Under the pieces are notes generated by a model that saw only the letters and a list, made by a program, of their open reading frames with translations, was not told the DNA's origin and ran no database searches. A program made the translations under genes and the position numbers. A stretch of 64,000 nucleotides of DNA from Convolutriloba macropyga (lineage: Eukaryota). The DNA lies in the NCBI RefSeq assembly GCF_964194025.1, contig NC_134468.1:3410001-3474000 (forward strand). Direction: 5' to 3'. Positions 11,274 through 24,000 of this stretch are shown piece after piece (within the stretch, counting starts at the first letter, position 1; each line of letters begins with the position of its first letter).

Positions 11274-11456
11274 AACATAACCGACTAACGTCGGGCGAAC
11301 TGCTCTTAAACGACTGGCGAGCGTATGGCTTTGTCAGTAGATAGCCACGGTATAGTGAGGCTAGCATTCGCTTAACTGAAGGGGAGTGAGGTGAGGGTAA
11401 TAAATGGTGACATCACGCCACAACAGCAGCTGAAGTGCGGCATCAACAAGAGTTAA

Positions 11457-11501
<45 letters not shown>

Positions 11502-12985
11502 TGTGCGAGAGATAACACGTGAACGAGAAAAACAAACGAAAGAAACCACAACCACGAGAGAGAGAGAGAGCTAGGAATATTTTGCATGATTAGATTTGCC
11601 TCTGCAACTTCTAGTTTTCTAGCCTTGTTAGTAATTAAATCATATAGAAAAAAATGAAAGTGCAAAATTCAAAAGTTTGCACATTTTGCAGTGAAAATGT
11701 TCAAAACCCTTTTTGTCTCTGTCAAAAACTCAAGAAAAGGACAAAACAATTCATAAAAAAAACTTTGAAAACAAAATCTTGCTAAGTCGTGATATTACTA
11801 TCTTCAGAACCCTTTCACTGTCTCAAGAGATTATTCAGTATCCCTATTTTAAGCCTTTGATAGTTTCACTGGCTCAAAGATCCATAAACTTGAACATGAT
11901 AGATTTTTAAAAATTTGAAAAGTTTAAATTTTATTAAAAAAATGCGAAAACGCGAGTCATTCAAATATTGATAACCATTCCAGTAACTCTAAAAACTACG
12001 CAGCAGCTTATTATCAAACCTCGGAGGAGGTCCCTGGGCCCCTGGTGCCGGAAAAAAATAAAATTGAAAAATATTCATAAAATTGAAAACATTATAAAAA
12101 ATTGCTGAAATTCGTGATATTATAACCTTGAAGAACATTACATTACATCTAAAACCTATGCAGTTAACTAATATCAAACCCCCGAAGAGGTTCATTGGCT
12201 CTTGAGGCTGGAGAAACCTAAAAAACGACGAAATTTCAAAAAAAACTTGAAAAAAATTGCAAGCTTTATCAAAAAATTGCTAAAAGTTCTATTCAATGGA
12301 ACTATTCGATGGCCAATAAAAATTTTTCAATAACTTATTATCAAACTCTTAAGGAGATTTTCTGACCCATGAAGCTGAAAAAAACCTGAATAATGACAAT
12401 AAATGAAAAATGAAAAATTTTGTCAAAAAATGCTAAAATTCGTGATCTAAAAAGGTTGAAAACCATTCCATTACCACTAGAACGTGTGCAGTAATATATT
12501 ATCAAACCCTAGAGGAGGTTACTTGACACCTAGGACTGAAAAACTCGTGAAATGACAAAAATTTTCAAAAAGCTTGAAAATTTGTGAAAATTAAGTATAA
12601 ATTTGCGTGTTTTTGTTTGGATTACCAAAACATATTGCTCTTAAAAAGGTCATAAAAAGAACTTATGGCTAGCAAAAGAACTCAATCAACTTTACCCAGC
12701 CTCAATTTCAGAGTGGTCCAACGAAAGAATTTGAAAAATGACGAAAAAAAAACACGAAAGATTGCAACATTTTGAGCCCAAAAAACTCCTAAAAACCTTT
12801 TAACCTTAGACTACGGCCTCCCCGGTGGCTTCATGAAACTTAATGCCTGCTGGGCACTACCTGTTTATCCCGTTTTTAAGGACGAAAAGTCAAATGGGTC
12901 AGACGAAATATCGGTCAAGCAAAAAATCGCATAAAGACCAACAGGAGTAATATAATTGCTACAAACTTCGTTTGAGAGCAATTAA
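11274..12985 (-). mobile_element. Non-autonomous Helentron (HINE/DINE-1-like), ~1.7 kb, with internal (AG)n
   Basis: Left end aacataa-ccgac taac gtcgg hairpin plus aactgctcttaaacg subTIR; right end aattgctacaaacttcgtttgagagcaattaa; (AG)n at 11459-11498; internal ~11790-12620 resembles ~34440-35275. Confidence 0.7.
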
Positions 12986-13286
12986 AAATACCTTTAGACC
13001 TAGAATTTTACCAGCAGTTCCTAATTACCATACATAAAAAACTAAGCTACTGTTAAAATCAAATTTTCGAAACCAAGTCAACGTTTTAAAAAAGAAGTAA
13101 AAATTCGAAACAAAAAAAGCCGAAGTTCAAGTCATAGCTAAAAAAAATCTTCATAATACCAATACCCCTCTTCGAGTCGTAAAAACACGCATTTTACAGC
13201 AAATTCTTCAAACTTCATTCGAGAGCAATCAAAGAGCGTTGCACTATTGCGGTACGATTTTGACAAACCGTGTCGTGTGAATGTAA

Positions 13287-14056
13287 CTAACCATCTGTTT
13301 CTGAGAACTCTCCTGAACAGATGCCTTCGTCCGTAGAAGACAGCGTCGTGACATCATCCTTCTTCCGAATGGATAGATCTGATGGCGGGCAGAGAATGTC
13401 TGGCAATAACTTGAAACCTGCTAAAACTAGCTGACGCTTGAACATCTCGTAACACACTCTGTGATATGTCTTGAGTGCCCTCTCACGCTTCTGAATTAGA
13501 TTGACCATACTGCGCACTTTCTCGAAATCTTGACGTAGCGCTACGAACATAGTTGCTCGATTACGCAGACTTTCTGCCGCATCTATTTGCTCTTGTTGTT
13601 CTGCAGTTAGACTTAAGTCTACCAGGCCGAAGTTAGTTTGCTCATTGGGTCGGATTTGTTCAGAAGGCAATGTGGAATTATTAGGCAATGATATTCTGTT
13701 ATGGAACAAAGCTCCAGATATTCGTTTTAGCTTCCAATATTCATAGAGTATGCTAGATATTAGGGGATTTACATTTAGCTTTCGACTGATTTCTTCGGAC
13801 GTTACGAGAGTGTGGAATTTGCACAATGCTTTATTAATACGATTTTTCATCATGGCATTTTCGTCCTTGGGTTGTTTATTAAAGGAAGGGCTTGTAGTCT
13901 GTGAATGTTTTGTGCTTGGCGAGTTCTTTTGAGGAGCTGCCCTCTGAGAGACAGAGTTGAGCCTCTGATGGTTTGTGGGTTGATTGGTGGCGCTGGCATT
14001 CTTTTTGCGTCTCTCCGCTGTGTGTTTAAGGCAGTAAGATTTGAATATTAGATCGC
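13287..14056 (-). CDS. JADE: JADE-like exon 7 (end of extended PHD2 plus C-terminal EPC-like domain II)
   Basis: Acceptor tttaag at 14057-14058; GDLIFKSYCLKH...YEYWKLKR...MFVALRQDFEKVRSMVNLIQKRER matches JADE KFKSYCPKH, YQYWKLKR and LRQDLERVRNL; ends at TAG 13287 or at donor GTTAGT 13291. Confidence 0.85.
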
Positions 14057-14533
14057 CTTAAACATTTACATTAGTTTGATGAACAGCTTTTAGTTTTAAA
14101 AACAATTTTATCAACAACTGTAATTAACTTAACTTGCACAGGAGCTGTTTGATTTTCCCCGAGTGGGTTAAATCATCCCCGATTGACATTTCTACACCCT
14201 TGTAATGGTAATTATTGATTGTAACGGCTAATCCCAACTCTTGTTAGGCTATGCAAACCCCCTATTGGTCCAAAAAAGCACATTAATTTGATCACACATG
14301 GTTACTGCAACGTAAATTTTGGTAATTGGGAAAAAGACTTAGCAGGATGACATTACGTCTCAAACTTCATTATGACGATTGTTCAATCTTCTTTAAAACA
14401 CAGTTCTTAAAGTTTTTCCAATTATTTGTTTAACGTCAACAAAATGTCCGTGGTGTTTTCGTGTGTTAAAAGACCCTGCGACATACAAATGCTACTGAAC
14501 TTTAGATGTAAGAAATGGAAGTATACTAATAAC

Positions 14534-14708
14534 CAGTGGTGGGGTGTTGGGTGGTAGTGATGTCGAGGTTGTGGTCAAATCCACAGGTGACGTGATATGA
14601 TATTGCACAGGTCTTGTAACTGCACTGGATACAGGCACCCACCTTCTCTCTACATAAAGTACACACTAGAGCCCACCTGGAGTCTGGGATGTTCTTCAGC
14701 TGCACCAC
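14534..14708 (-). CDS. JADE: JADE-like exon 6 (extended PHD2)
   Basis: VVQLKNIPDSRWALVCTLCREKVGACIQCSYKTCAISYHVTCGF; acceptor tgtgtag at 14709-14710; phase-1 donor GT at 14533 fits the next exon. Confidence 0.9.
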
Positions 14709-15704
14709 CTACACAACACAATCACTCCCAGTTAAATCATGAATTTCTTCTTGAGAAATTCTGATGGTTGAAATTTGTAGCATGAACGTATAAATATATC
14801 CGATGCACTTTGTAAAATATTATTTCTGTTTGCTCATTTGAAAACATTTATGGTTATTTAAATTAAATCTTGGAGCAGAAAAAGGAACGTATGGTTTATC
14901 GTACCCACAGCATCATGAAATATCTTGTTGAAAACAACACCTGATACCTGTAACTCGAACAAGTACCTTACTTAGATATTAAGAAATATTAGTATACGAT
15001 TGAATAGAAACAAGAGTTATAATACCGGACAAAACAAACTACTGTTGCTGTTAACCACAAATCGGTATCTTCATATAGAATTAAAATGTTCTCAATTGCT
15101 TTCAAATCGGCGCTTGCAACTCAACTATAAAAAGTTACATAGCCGATAGATTGCAAAATAGCCTTCATGAAATTGGCATAGACACAAGGGATACAAAACT
15201 GAGTTGAAAAATATTTTTCCGATACCATTAAAAAAAATTTGAATGATGATTTGAAAAATTAAAAACGAGAAGGAAGGCAGTAGTTGCACAGTCAATAGAA
15301 AACTAGGGAAAAGATTGATTTAAAAGCATAACCCACAAGCACCGGACGAATAAGTCAAAAACGACAAGATTTCAAAATAATTACGAATGGCATCGTTTCC
15401 GAGCAAACGAAACCAAGTTTTTTTTTGATTTCGCAGATTAATTGATTGTTACTACAGAGCTTAAATACAAAAAATTGGTATATATAACAACACAAGAAGG
15501 CTCGTGAAAGTCTGTGCGTAGCACAAAATGTTCATGTTCCAACAAACCTCTCAATGAGTCCGAAATAGTTTAGGTTCTGTCAGAAATGGTTGAGAGTATT
15601 CCAAAGCAACTTTTATCATATGGAGAATATTACTTATACCGTTTGAATTAAACCAAATGCAACCTTTTCCGAAGACGAAAACCTTTCAGAAAAAACCATA
15701 TAAA

Positions 15705-15890
15705 CACAAACACACAACCACACCCAGCCAGCCACCCACACACCCACATCCACATACACACACGTACATCCACCCACCCAATCACCCATCAACTCATCCC
15801 TCAATCCCCCCCACACACAAACACACACATCCACACAAACACAAAAACACACACACATCCACACACAAACCCACCCACTCACCACTCGAC
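15705..15890. repeat. Degenerate (CA/CCA)-rich simple repeat
   Basis: acacacaaccacacccagccagccaccc...; a related tract lies at 18476-18556. Confidence 0.8.
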
Positions 15891-17540
15891 ACTAAGAAAA
15901 AATTCTTTTAGGTAATTTGCATTAACTCAAGTTTCCTCGCCAATAATTTAGTTCTTTAGTGTCATTTCATTTTGAAAACGAGGCGTGTACTTCTTGAGGC
16001 ATTTGTATCAGTAATAGTAATTTTGACATCAAAGTTCATCGAAAATCTTGTCGTTGTTATGCTTCATGAGCTGAATTGGCCAATTTCCAAAATCTCGCAC
16101 TCGGTTACCAAATTGATTAAGCGAAAACAATTTTGTGTTCAAAAGATGTTAAAAACCAGAATTTGAAGCAAAAAATTGGTAATTTGTCTATCTTATAAAA
16201 AATAAAATTTGTTCAGATAAGTTTTATGTTTTGGCCCTATCGGTCTTTGGATTAAAATCTTTAAGAAATAGAAACATTTTTATTAGAAAAAAAATCACTT
16301 TTCAATCTTTCAAAAGAAAAATTCTTAGTTGTTAATTCTCGAGTTGCACGACCCATAAACTTTTTCAAATTTTTATTTAACAGAATTGCTCACAGACTTG
16401 AAAAGCAGAGTTCGAATAGCAATTCAAAATAAAGGGTAGTCAGAAAGAATTTTATTCTAATTCTCAAAAGAACTGAACTGAACATTTGTATTGAGTTTGT
16501 AAACCTGGCGATATGTTAAAAACATAGCTTTATTTTAACGACATTTTGTTTTTCATTAAAAAAAATTATTTTGGTGAGACAGTTTAAATCTTTTAATTTT
16601 TTGGCTTAAAACTGTGAAAAATACTCGTGAAAATCAAAACTCCATTTAATCTAACTATATTAACTACAATTTTCTCCATTTGTTTTAGCGTTGTCCCCCT
16701 GACATATTTTTTTTGCTTTTCCTTTCGTGCTCCCCTTTTTTCAAAATTCTGGATGGAAGCAAAATTTTTTATAAATCAAAACTAGATTATTAGAGCTCCA
16801 GAATGATGCTTTTTCCCCTACGACGATGCGTCAACAAAAACTGAAATTTGACTGAAGAAAAAGTCAGCCTCGCATATCTATTCCATTTTGCAAAGATGTT
16901 GGAACAATTAAATTCAGTTAGTAAAATATTATCCGATATAGTCAATTTATAACATCTCGCAAACAAAAATTCGCAAATAAAATGTGTAGCGTTGTGAGAA
17001 ATGTAAAAGCTTTGCTCAAAATTTCCCTGCGATATAAATTGGTCTCGATAAATGATCCAGGCCTTGGAAATCTATCATGTAAAACGATTCTGGCGCCTGC
17101 AGTGTTGAAGTGAATTCAGTGACCTATACGTTCTGCTGCCAGTTAGCCTCTAACAAGCCAGTCAATTGGATGTTTCCAACAGGTGCAACAGGAGAGTCGA
17201 CAATGCTAACTCAGTCGAGTCGTACGATGTACTTAAAGATACCTACTTGGCATCCCAACAAGCAGTTTGATATAAAACGCCTTTTCGGTACATTACTTCA
17301 GTTCTGTTAGTAACCGAACTGATGAGCTTGGTGCTCATCGCATTTCATGTAATGCAAAACTTGAGAGCTGCAGAAAGCACAGAATGTTCCACCATCTCTC
17401 AAGGACATCGAAATACCTTCTGTCAGAGAAATGGTTGGGAGCGTTCAAAAGCATCTTTTATCACCTGGAGAAAATTACTTTAACATTTGAATTAAACCAA
17501 ATGAAGCATTTTTCTTCAGACAACGAAAACCTTTCAGAAA

Positions 17541-18370
17541 AACATAGCCGGCAGATTGCCGGAATAGCTGCGAAAGAATAGACCTGCGTGCCATATAATA
17601 GATAGACACAGATACAGATCTAAATTGAAAAAAAAATTGACGCCGCTCAAAAAACTAGGCTAAAAAACATTCAGCGATAAAATAATAAAGCTTGTTAAAA
17701 TTTATCCCACAGAAGCCTCTTATTAGGGACCTTTACTGCACATATGAGTTCCGTTGACCTTAAACAAATTCAAATTAAACTTAAGTTTTAAAATGCAAAA
17801 GTCATTTTATTGAGTGAGGTAAGTCACGTATGATCAAAATCTAATCACGCAAATAACCTAAAAACTTTCGCTAAAGCGAGTGAGAAATGACGTCACGCGC
17901 GCAAATGCCGTTAGTGAGAGGAAGAAGTCATTCAGAAAATTTGACTTTTTCAGCTTTGCTGTGTGAACAAATGTAAAACGAAAAAAGAGCGTCAGACGAC
18001 GAAACAAAAAAACATAGCAGGACAAGTCCTGACGTACAATTCAAAGAATTTTCATTGACTAAACAGAAAACTAGACCTAGAACGGACTATGACTGGATTG
18101 GAAAAACCATTTAGAAAAAAATCCGATCCAAAAAATTGAAAAAAAAAACAGAAAATCAAAGTGAAATTGCCGCATGTGAACAAAAAACCACTACCGATGA
18201 AGCGAATTTTTGTTCAAACACCGTATTCTCACTCTACTTTACAATTAGAGCGAAAAAATTTCACGCCGCAAAACAACTCGCTTTTTCGCTCCATTTCCTG
18301 TTTCGGCGTGACCAAAATCACTACTCCAATTTGACTTCAAAAATCATGAAAATGTGTGAACAGATCTTAA
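17541..18370 (-). mobile_element. Second HINE-like dispersed repeat family (chain of two elements); related copy at 32544-33491
   Basis: Starts aacatag-ccggca gat tgccgg hairpin; internal second hairpin end caggac aa gtcctg at ~18018; colinear with 32544-33491; same hairpin end at 31698, 36821, 39623, 41872. Confidence 0.6.
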
Positions 18371-18505
18371 AAAAAAAAAGACAGCGCCCCAATACAATTC
18401 AAATTCTTTGAATTGTAAAAAACCAAGAGCACCGCAATATAGCTACGCTCAAGCTACAGCTTTGCAGCTATAAAAACACACACAAACACGCCAACCCCCC
18501 CCCCC

Positions 18506-18536
<31 letters not shown>

Positions 18537-19019
18537 CAAGCCAGCCACCCACACACAAAAAATTCAGAAAATTCTCATATCAGAAGTCGCGAATTTGATA
18601 TGGAGCAGGATACTGCTTCCGCGCAATGATTCCTTGTTTCTCGCACAGTTGCTTAAAATTAAAAGCCATGAGAGCACGACCGATACACACGGTAGCTTAT
18701 ACCATGACCAGGAGGCTCAGCAATGTGCGTTTGCACATAAATTTCCGACCCCGCTTATCCGCATTTTTGGCATAAATGTCTACCAAATGAGGAACAGATA
18801 GAAAACCCCCAAAAATTCAAGTATTTTTTAGAAAAAGTGTATGAACAACAAGATAGCATCCAACGCAAATAACTCAAATGCCGCATTAGATTGATGAGAG
18901 CAGCCATTATTAAGAAATCAAACCATGAAGAACAAAAAACTCAAACAACAATAACAACAACCTTTAATTAGATCCAAAACTTTATGTCCAACTTAAAAAA
19001 AAACAAACTTATTAACAAA

Positions 19020-20225
19020 GTCAAGTTAGAGTCAGATAAAGACGAAACTAAACACAACAATTTTAACTGCACTAGAAAAATATAGAACAATCCATTATAA
19101 GGCTCGGTAACATTTTAGACAAAGAACAAAAAACAGCAAAGTTAAAAAAGTAGCTTATTCTTTTTAACAATTAATTTCAAAACAATGAAAACCATTAGAC
19201 ATCAATTGAAGTTATCGATATGTTTTATGATCACAGGCGCCTAATTAACACCTGTCATTGTTTAAATTTTTTATGCGGTTACAGAACGAACAACAAAGAC
19301 AACAAAAATTAAATCAAAACTTGCGAGAAAACGCTGTCAAAGCCGTAAAGCCATATTCTGTCCCTCAACATATGTGTATTTGAGCCTTAGTTGGACGCTG
19401 ATGATGTGATATGCGACCTCTCACTGATGAGAATAGGTAACAATTAGAATAAAAAAAGAGAAAAAGGCAAAAATAAGTAAAATTTTTTTTTCGAAAAGAT
19501 ATAATTTCAAAGTCATGAAAACCATTAGCTACAAAATAAAAAAGATAAATAAGTTCATTGAATCGTACAAAGGAAGTGCTTGAGATCTGTAATTAATCAG
19601 AATATGTCTTACGTCTACAAAACCAACGTCAAATATGTACAAAAATCAAAAAGGTTTGTTTTTTTTGCGAAAAACTTGAGTCGAAGCCGGTAAACTCATA
19701 TAGAATTCTTTGAAAACAGTAGATTTACACTCGCACCTTCCCAAATTGTCACATGTGCTCTGCATTTAAAAACACTAGGTAAAAATGGACAGAATATAGA
19801 AAAGCGATGTTAAAGTGCTTTTTTATTTATTTTTGAAAACAATTGTTTTCAAAGTTATGAAAGCCATCAGCTATCTACTAAAATCATAATAAAGCCTCTT
19901 TCATTCCTCCACAAAAACCAATGATACCTGTAATTATGCAGGAAAATTCACAAGACTGAAGAATCAAAGTTGAACCGACAGTTGAAGACAAATGTAAAAG
20001 ATTCAATTAAATTCTTCGAGAAAGGGGTGTCGAAGCCGTGAAAACCATAATCCACGCCCTTAAAGACGCTTATGTAAATATTACATCTTTATTGAACGCC
20101 AATAATGTAATTACTGAACTGTCAAAAATGGGATAAAGTGACAAAACGAGAAAAAAAACGTGAAAAATGGGCTAATAAATAAAAAATTTGTGAAATCTAG
20201 TGGTATCGAAGCCAGGAAACCCTAA
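19020..20225. repeat. Ancient degenerate ~170-bp tandem repeat
   Basis: Motif (t/g)tc(a/g)aag(t/c)c(a/g)tgaaa(a)cc recurs at ~19178, 19338, 19508, 19682, 19850, 20031, 20207. Confidence 0.55.
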
Positions 20226-21029
20226 CTTAACGCTTTAAACTGCAAAAAATAAAATTACAAATGAGTAGACAAACGAGGAAGAAGAAGCATTCTTTTTTTG
20301 CTAACACTAAGCAACAACTTGACCAAATGAAGATAAAAATAGTGGCAAAGTTCAATATGCCATTGTTTAATAAAATATCAAAAATTTTCACAATGTTTCG
20401 AGAAATGAAACTCAATATATTGATTTGGAACTGCTCAAGAACCCAATTGGAACTATCAAAAGTGATATTTGATTTGAATTGTTCTTTCTTTATTAATGTT
20501 AAAAAGATCGAAATTTTAAAAAAGACCGACTGATTACAATTAAGAATTATTTTTGGATTGTAACAGTCCAAGACTGAATCAAAACTAGCCTTGCTTTTGC
20601 CGTTCATCCATTAACAACACTAAATTGTTTCGAATGTCATATGTCTCGATAATTTGTTAGATGAAAGATCAATAACTGCTGCGTTTTTGATAATCATAGA
20701 GTAAAGTTAGCAAAAAACGTTCAATTTGAATTTCAGACTACTCTCAAGGGATGTGGAAGTATGAATGGCTCCAATTGTATTGTACAATGATTGTGTTAAC
20801 ATTTTTGGTGTTTACTTCCGGTAAAGTTATTCAAAGTGGACTAAGTAAGCTTATTTCGGGCAATATTTGATGAAAACGTCTTAATTTTTTAAATATTTAG
20901 CCAAAATTTTAGCCAAAAAAATTATATCAAAATGGTCAATAAATTTTTTGTCTTTAAAAAAAGTCAACAGCACAATTGTTAACAATTTTTGCATATATTA
21001 GCAAAATTGATGAAAAATTGGTCAAAAAG

Positions 21030-24000
21030 TAAGAAAAATGTGAATAAAAACGACAGAATTCACTCTAATTTTCTCGAAAGTTTAAACCTCGATAACTGCC
21101 TGTAAGAAATCAAAATAAAAAAATCTCTTTAATTCCGTATTCTATGCTGGACCGGTTTTATAATGATACCAGTCTCAACTCTACGATGAAAATATCGATC
21201 GCTCAAAATTGTCTGAACAAAAAAAACCCAATTACTCGTTCAGATCCACCAGACAATAACGATTCGCAGACCATAACCGACCAAGTCCAGCAAATCTCTC
21301 TCAAAAGACTGGCGTGATGTGTTAGCTATGATAATCTGTAGCTTAAAACGGCCGAGGAGCGGTAACACAACAGAGTTTGGTGAGGAGCGTGGGGCGGGGC
21401 GGATGAGTGCGCGGGGCGTACGATACACTAAGAATTGCCCTTGACACCATATTTCATATCGACTCAGTCGTTTTTCGAACCTCATATTGACGCAAAATTG
21501 GTAAAAAATTACGAAAAAGGTGAAAAAGAACAGAATTTTAAGCTCGATGACACCCTGTAAAAAACCAAAATAAAAATCTTTTTAGTTCCGTATTCTACGC
21601 TGGACCAGCTTTCTAATGATACCAGTCTGAACTCTGTACCATGAACATATCGCTCGGCCAGAATTGTCTGAACAAAAAAACCCATTTGAGTATATAGTTC
21701 CCCCCCAAGACGGGTCGGAACAAACAACAGACGACTAGCAAGCAGATGGGGGGTGAAACTGTTAAGTTAAAACCGAAATCTATATCCGTTGAATTCCTAA
21801 AGCGATCAGTTTGCAAGCGACCGTGAAAAATCAAGGAAAGCGATTTTTCTGAACACATCACCCTCTCGTAAAAGTGAAAATCTGATGTAGCAAATTTCCA
21901 TTTTAATGGATACCCTCAGAAAGCTGGTCATCTACCAGAAACGAGTCAGCAAAATATGGGAAAAATATAAAATTGATCTTTAAGAGTGATATTGAGCAAC
22001 GGGATGAAACGATTCGTCAGTAAGATTCAGTACCAGAACCCATAGCTACACCATCAAAATGCTTGAATAAATTGCCTCCAGGGATCGAGAGTAATAGTTC
22101 TTTACAAACAAAGCGCAGTAGTTTCGTTTCTACTGGGCTCATAAAGATGGCACGAAAGCTGATTTCAAGTTTTTTAATGCCGTTCAAATTGCTTAATTGA
22201 CAAATATGTAACAGTCTAGGGTCAAATATGTATTAAACGCCACCTCAAAAATTAAAGAGTAAAGCCTTTTGATGAATAATCGGTAGTTTTGATGCAACTC
22301 CTAAAGTTGGCCAATAACTTTTGAAAACAGTACAATTACCAACTATCGTGGGGTAATTTTTTCTGAAAACCAACTTCAAATCTTTGTGCAGAACACTAAT
22401 CAGTTTAATATTACAAGAAAACGAAGGGCGAAAACAGTTCTATCAGATTTTGCACTTAACCTGTATTTGAGTTATTGGTAACTTGAAATTCTATATTGAT
22501 TTTAAAAAAGATCAAAAACAAATCCAAGCAAAAAATGGAAAGGCTGTCAAATTATCAGATAAATGGAACCATTTCCCGCAAGCTTGTGTACTGAACAATC
22601 TGTAAGCTAGGATTTTTGAAGTACTGAAAAATTCGTTCAGATTCACCAAACGCTAACGATTCGCAGACCATAACCGACCAAGTCCAGCAAATCTCTCTCA
22701 AAAGACTGGCGTGATGTGTTAGCTATGATAATCTGTAGCTTAAAACGGCCGAGGAGCGGTAACACAACAGAGTTTGGTGAGGAGCGTGGGGCGGGGCGGA
22801 TGAGTGCGCGGGGCGTACGATACACTAAGAATTGCCCTTGACACCATATTTCACATCGACTCAGTCGTTTTTCGAACCTCATATTGACGCAAAATTGGTA
22901 AAAAATTACGAAAAAGGTGAAAAAGAACAGAATTTTAAGCTCGATGACACCCTGTAAAAAACTAAAATAAAAATCTTTTTAGTTCCGTATTCTACGCTGG
23001 ACCAGCTTTCTAATGATACCAGTCTGAACTCTGTACCATGAACATATCGCTCGGCCAGAATTGTCTGAACAAAAAAAACCCATTTGAGTATATAGTTCCC
23101 CCCCAAGACGGGTCGGAACAAATAACAGACGACTAGCAAGCAGATGGGGGGTGAAACTATTAAGTTAAAACCGAAATCTATATCCGTTGAATTCCTAAAG
23201 CGATCAGAATTCCTAACAAATTTGCAATTTAATGAATACCCTCAGAGAGCTGGTCATCTACCAGAAACGAGTCGGCAAAATATGGGAAATATAAAACTGA
23301 TCTTTAATAGTGATATTGAGCAACGAGATAAACGATTCGTTAGTAAGATTCAGTAGAAGAACCCCTAGCTCTATCATCGATATGTTTGAATACATTGCCT
23401 CCAGGGCTCGAGAGTAATAATTTTAGCAACAAACCGCAGAAGCTCGTTTCTACTGGGTTCATAAAGATGGCACGAAAGCTGATTTCAAGTTTTTTAATGC
23501 CATTCAAATTGCTTGATTGACAAATATGAAACAGTCTAGGGTCAAATATGTATTAAACGCCACCTCACAAATTAAAGAGTAAAGCCTTTTGATAAATAAT
23601 CGGTAGTTTTGATGCAACTCCTAAAGTTGGCCAATAACTTTTGAAAACAGTACAATTACCAACTATCGTGGGGTAATTTTTTCTGAAAACCAACTTCAAA
23701 TCTTTGTGCAGAACACTCATCAGTTTAATATTACAAGAAAACGAAGGGCGAAAACAGTTCTATCAGATTTTGCACTTAACCTGTATTTGAGTTATTGGTA
23801 ACTTGAAATTCTATATTGATTTTAAAAAAGATCAAAAATAAATCCAAGCAAAAAATGGAAAGGCTGTCAAATTATCAGATGAATGGAACCATTTCCCGCA
23901 AGCTTGTGTACTGTAAGCTAGGATTTTTGAAGTACTGAAAAATTCGTTCAGATTCACCAAACGATAACGATTCGCAGACCATAATCGATCAAGCTCAGCA

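Noticed and set aside
11459-11498. (AG)n as a Polinton terminal repeat
   Set aside because: Wrong orientation for a right end and lies inside a HINE
1072-13290. RNF217 exon as a downstream exon of JADE, or functional clustering of RBR ligase and SKP1 fusions
   Set aside because: Separated by an assembly gap of unknown true size; no evidence of a shared transcript, and gene adjacency in animals rarely implies function
15634-15911. His/Thr/Pro-rich and Val/Cys-rich ORFs
   Set aside because: Translations of a CA-rich simple repeat
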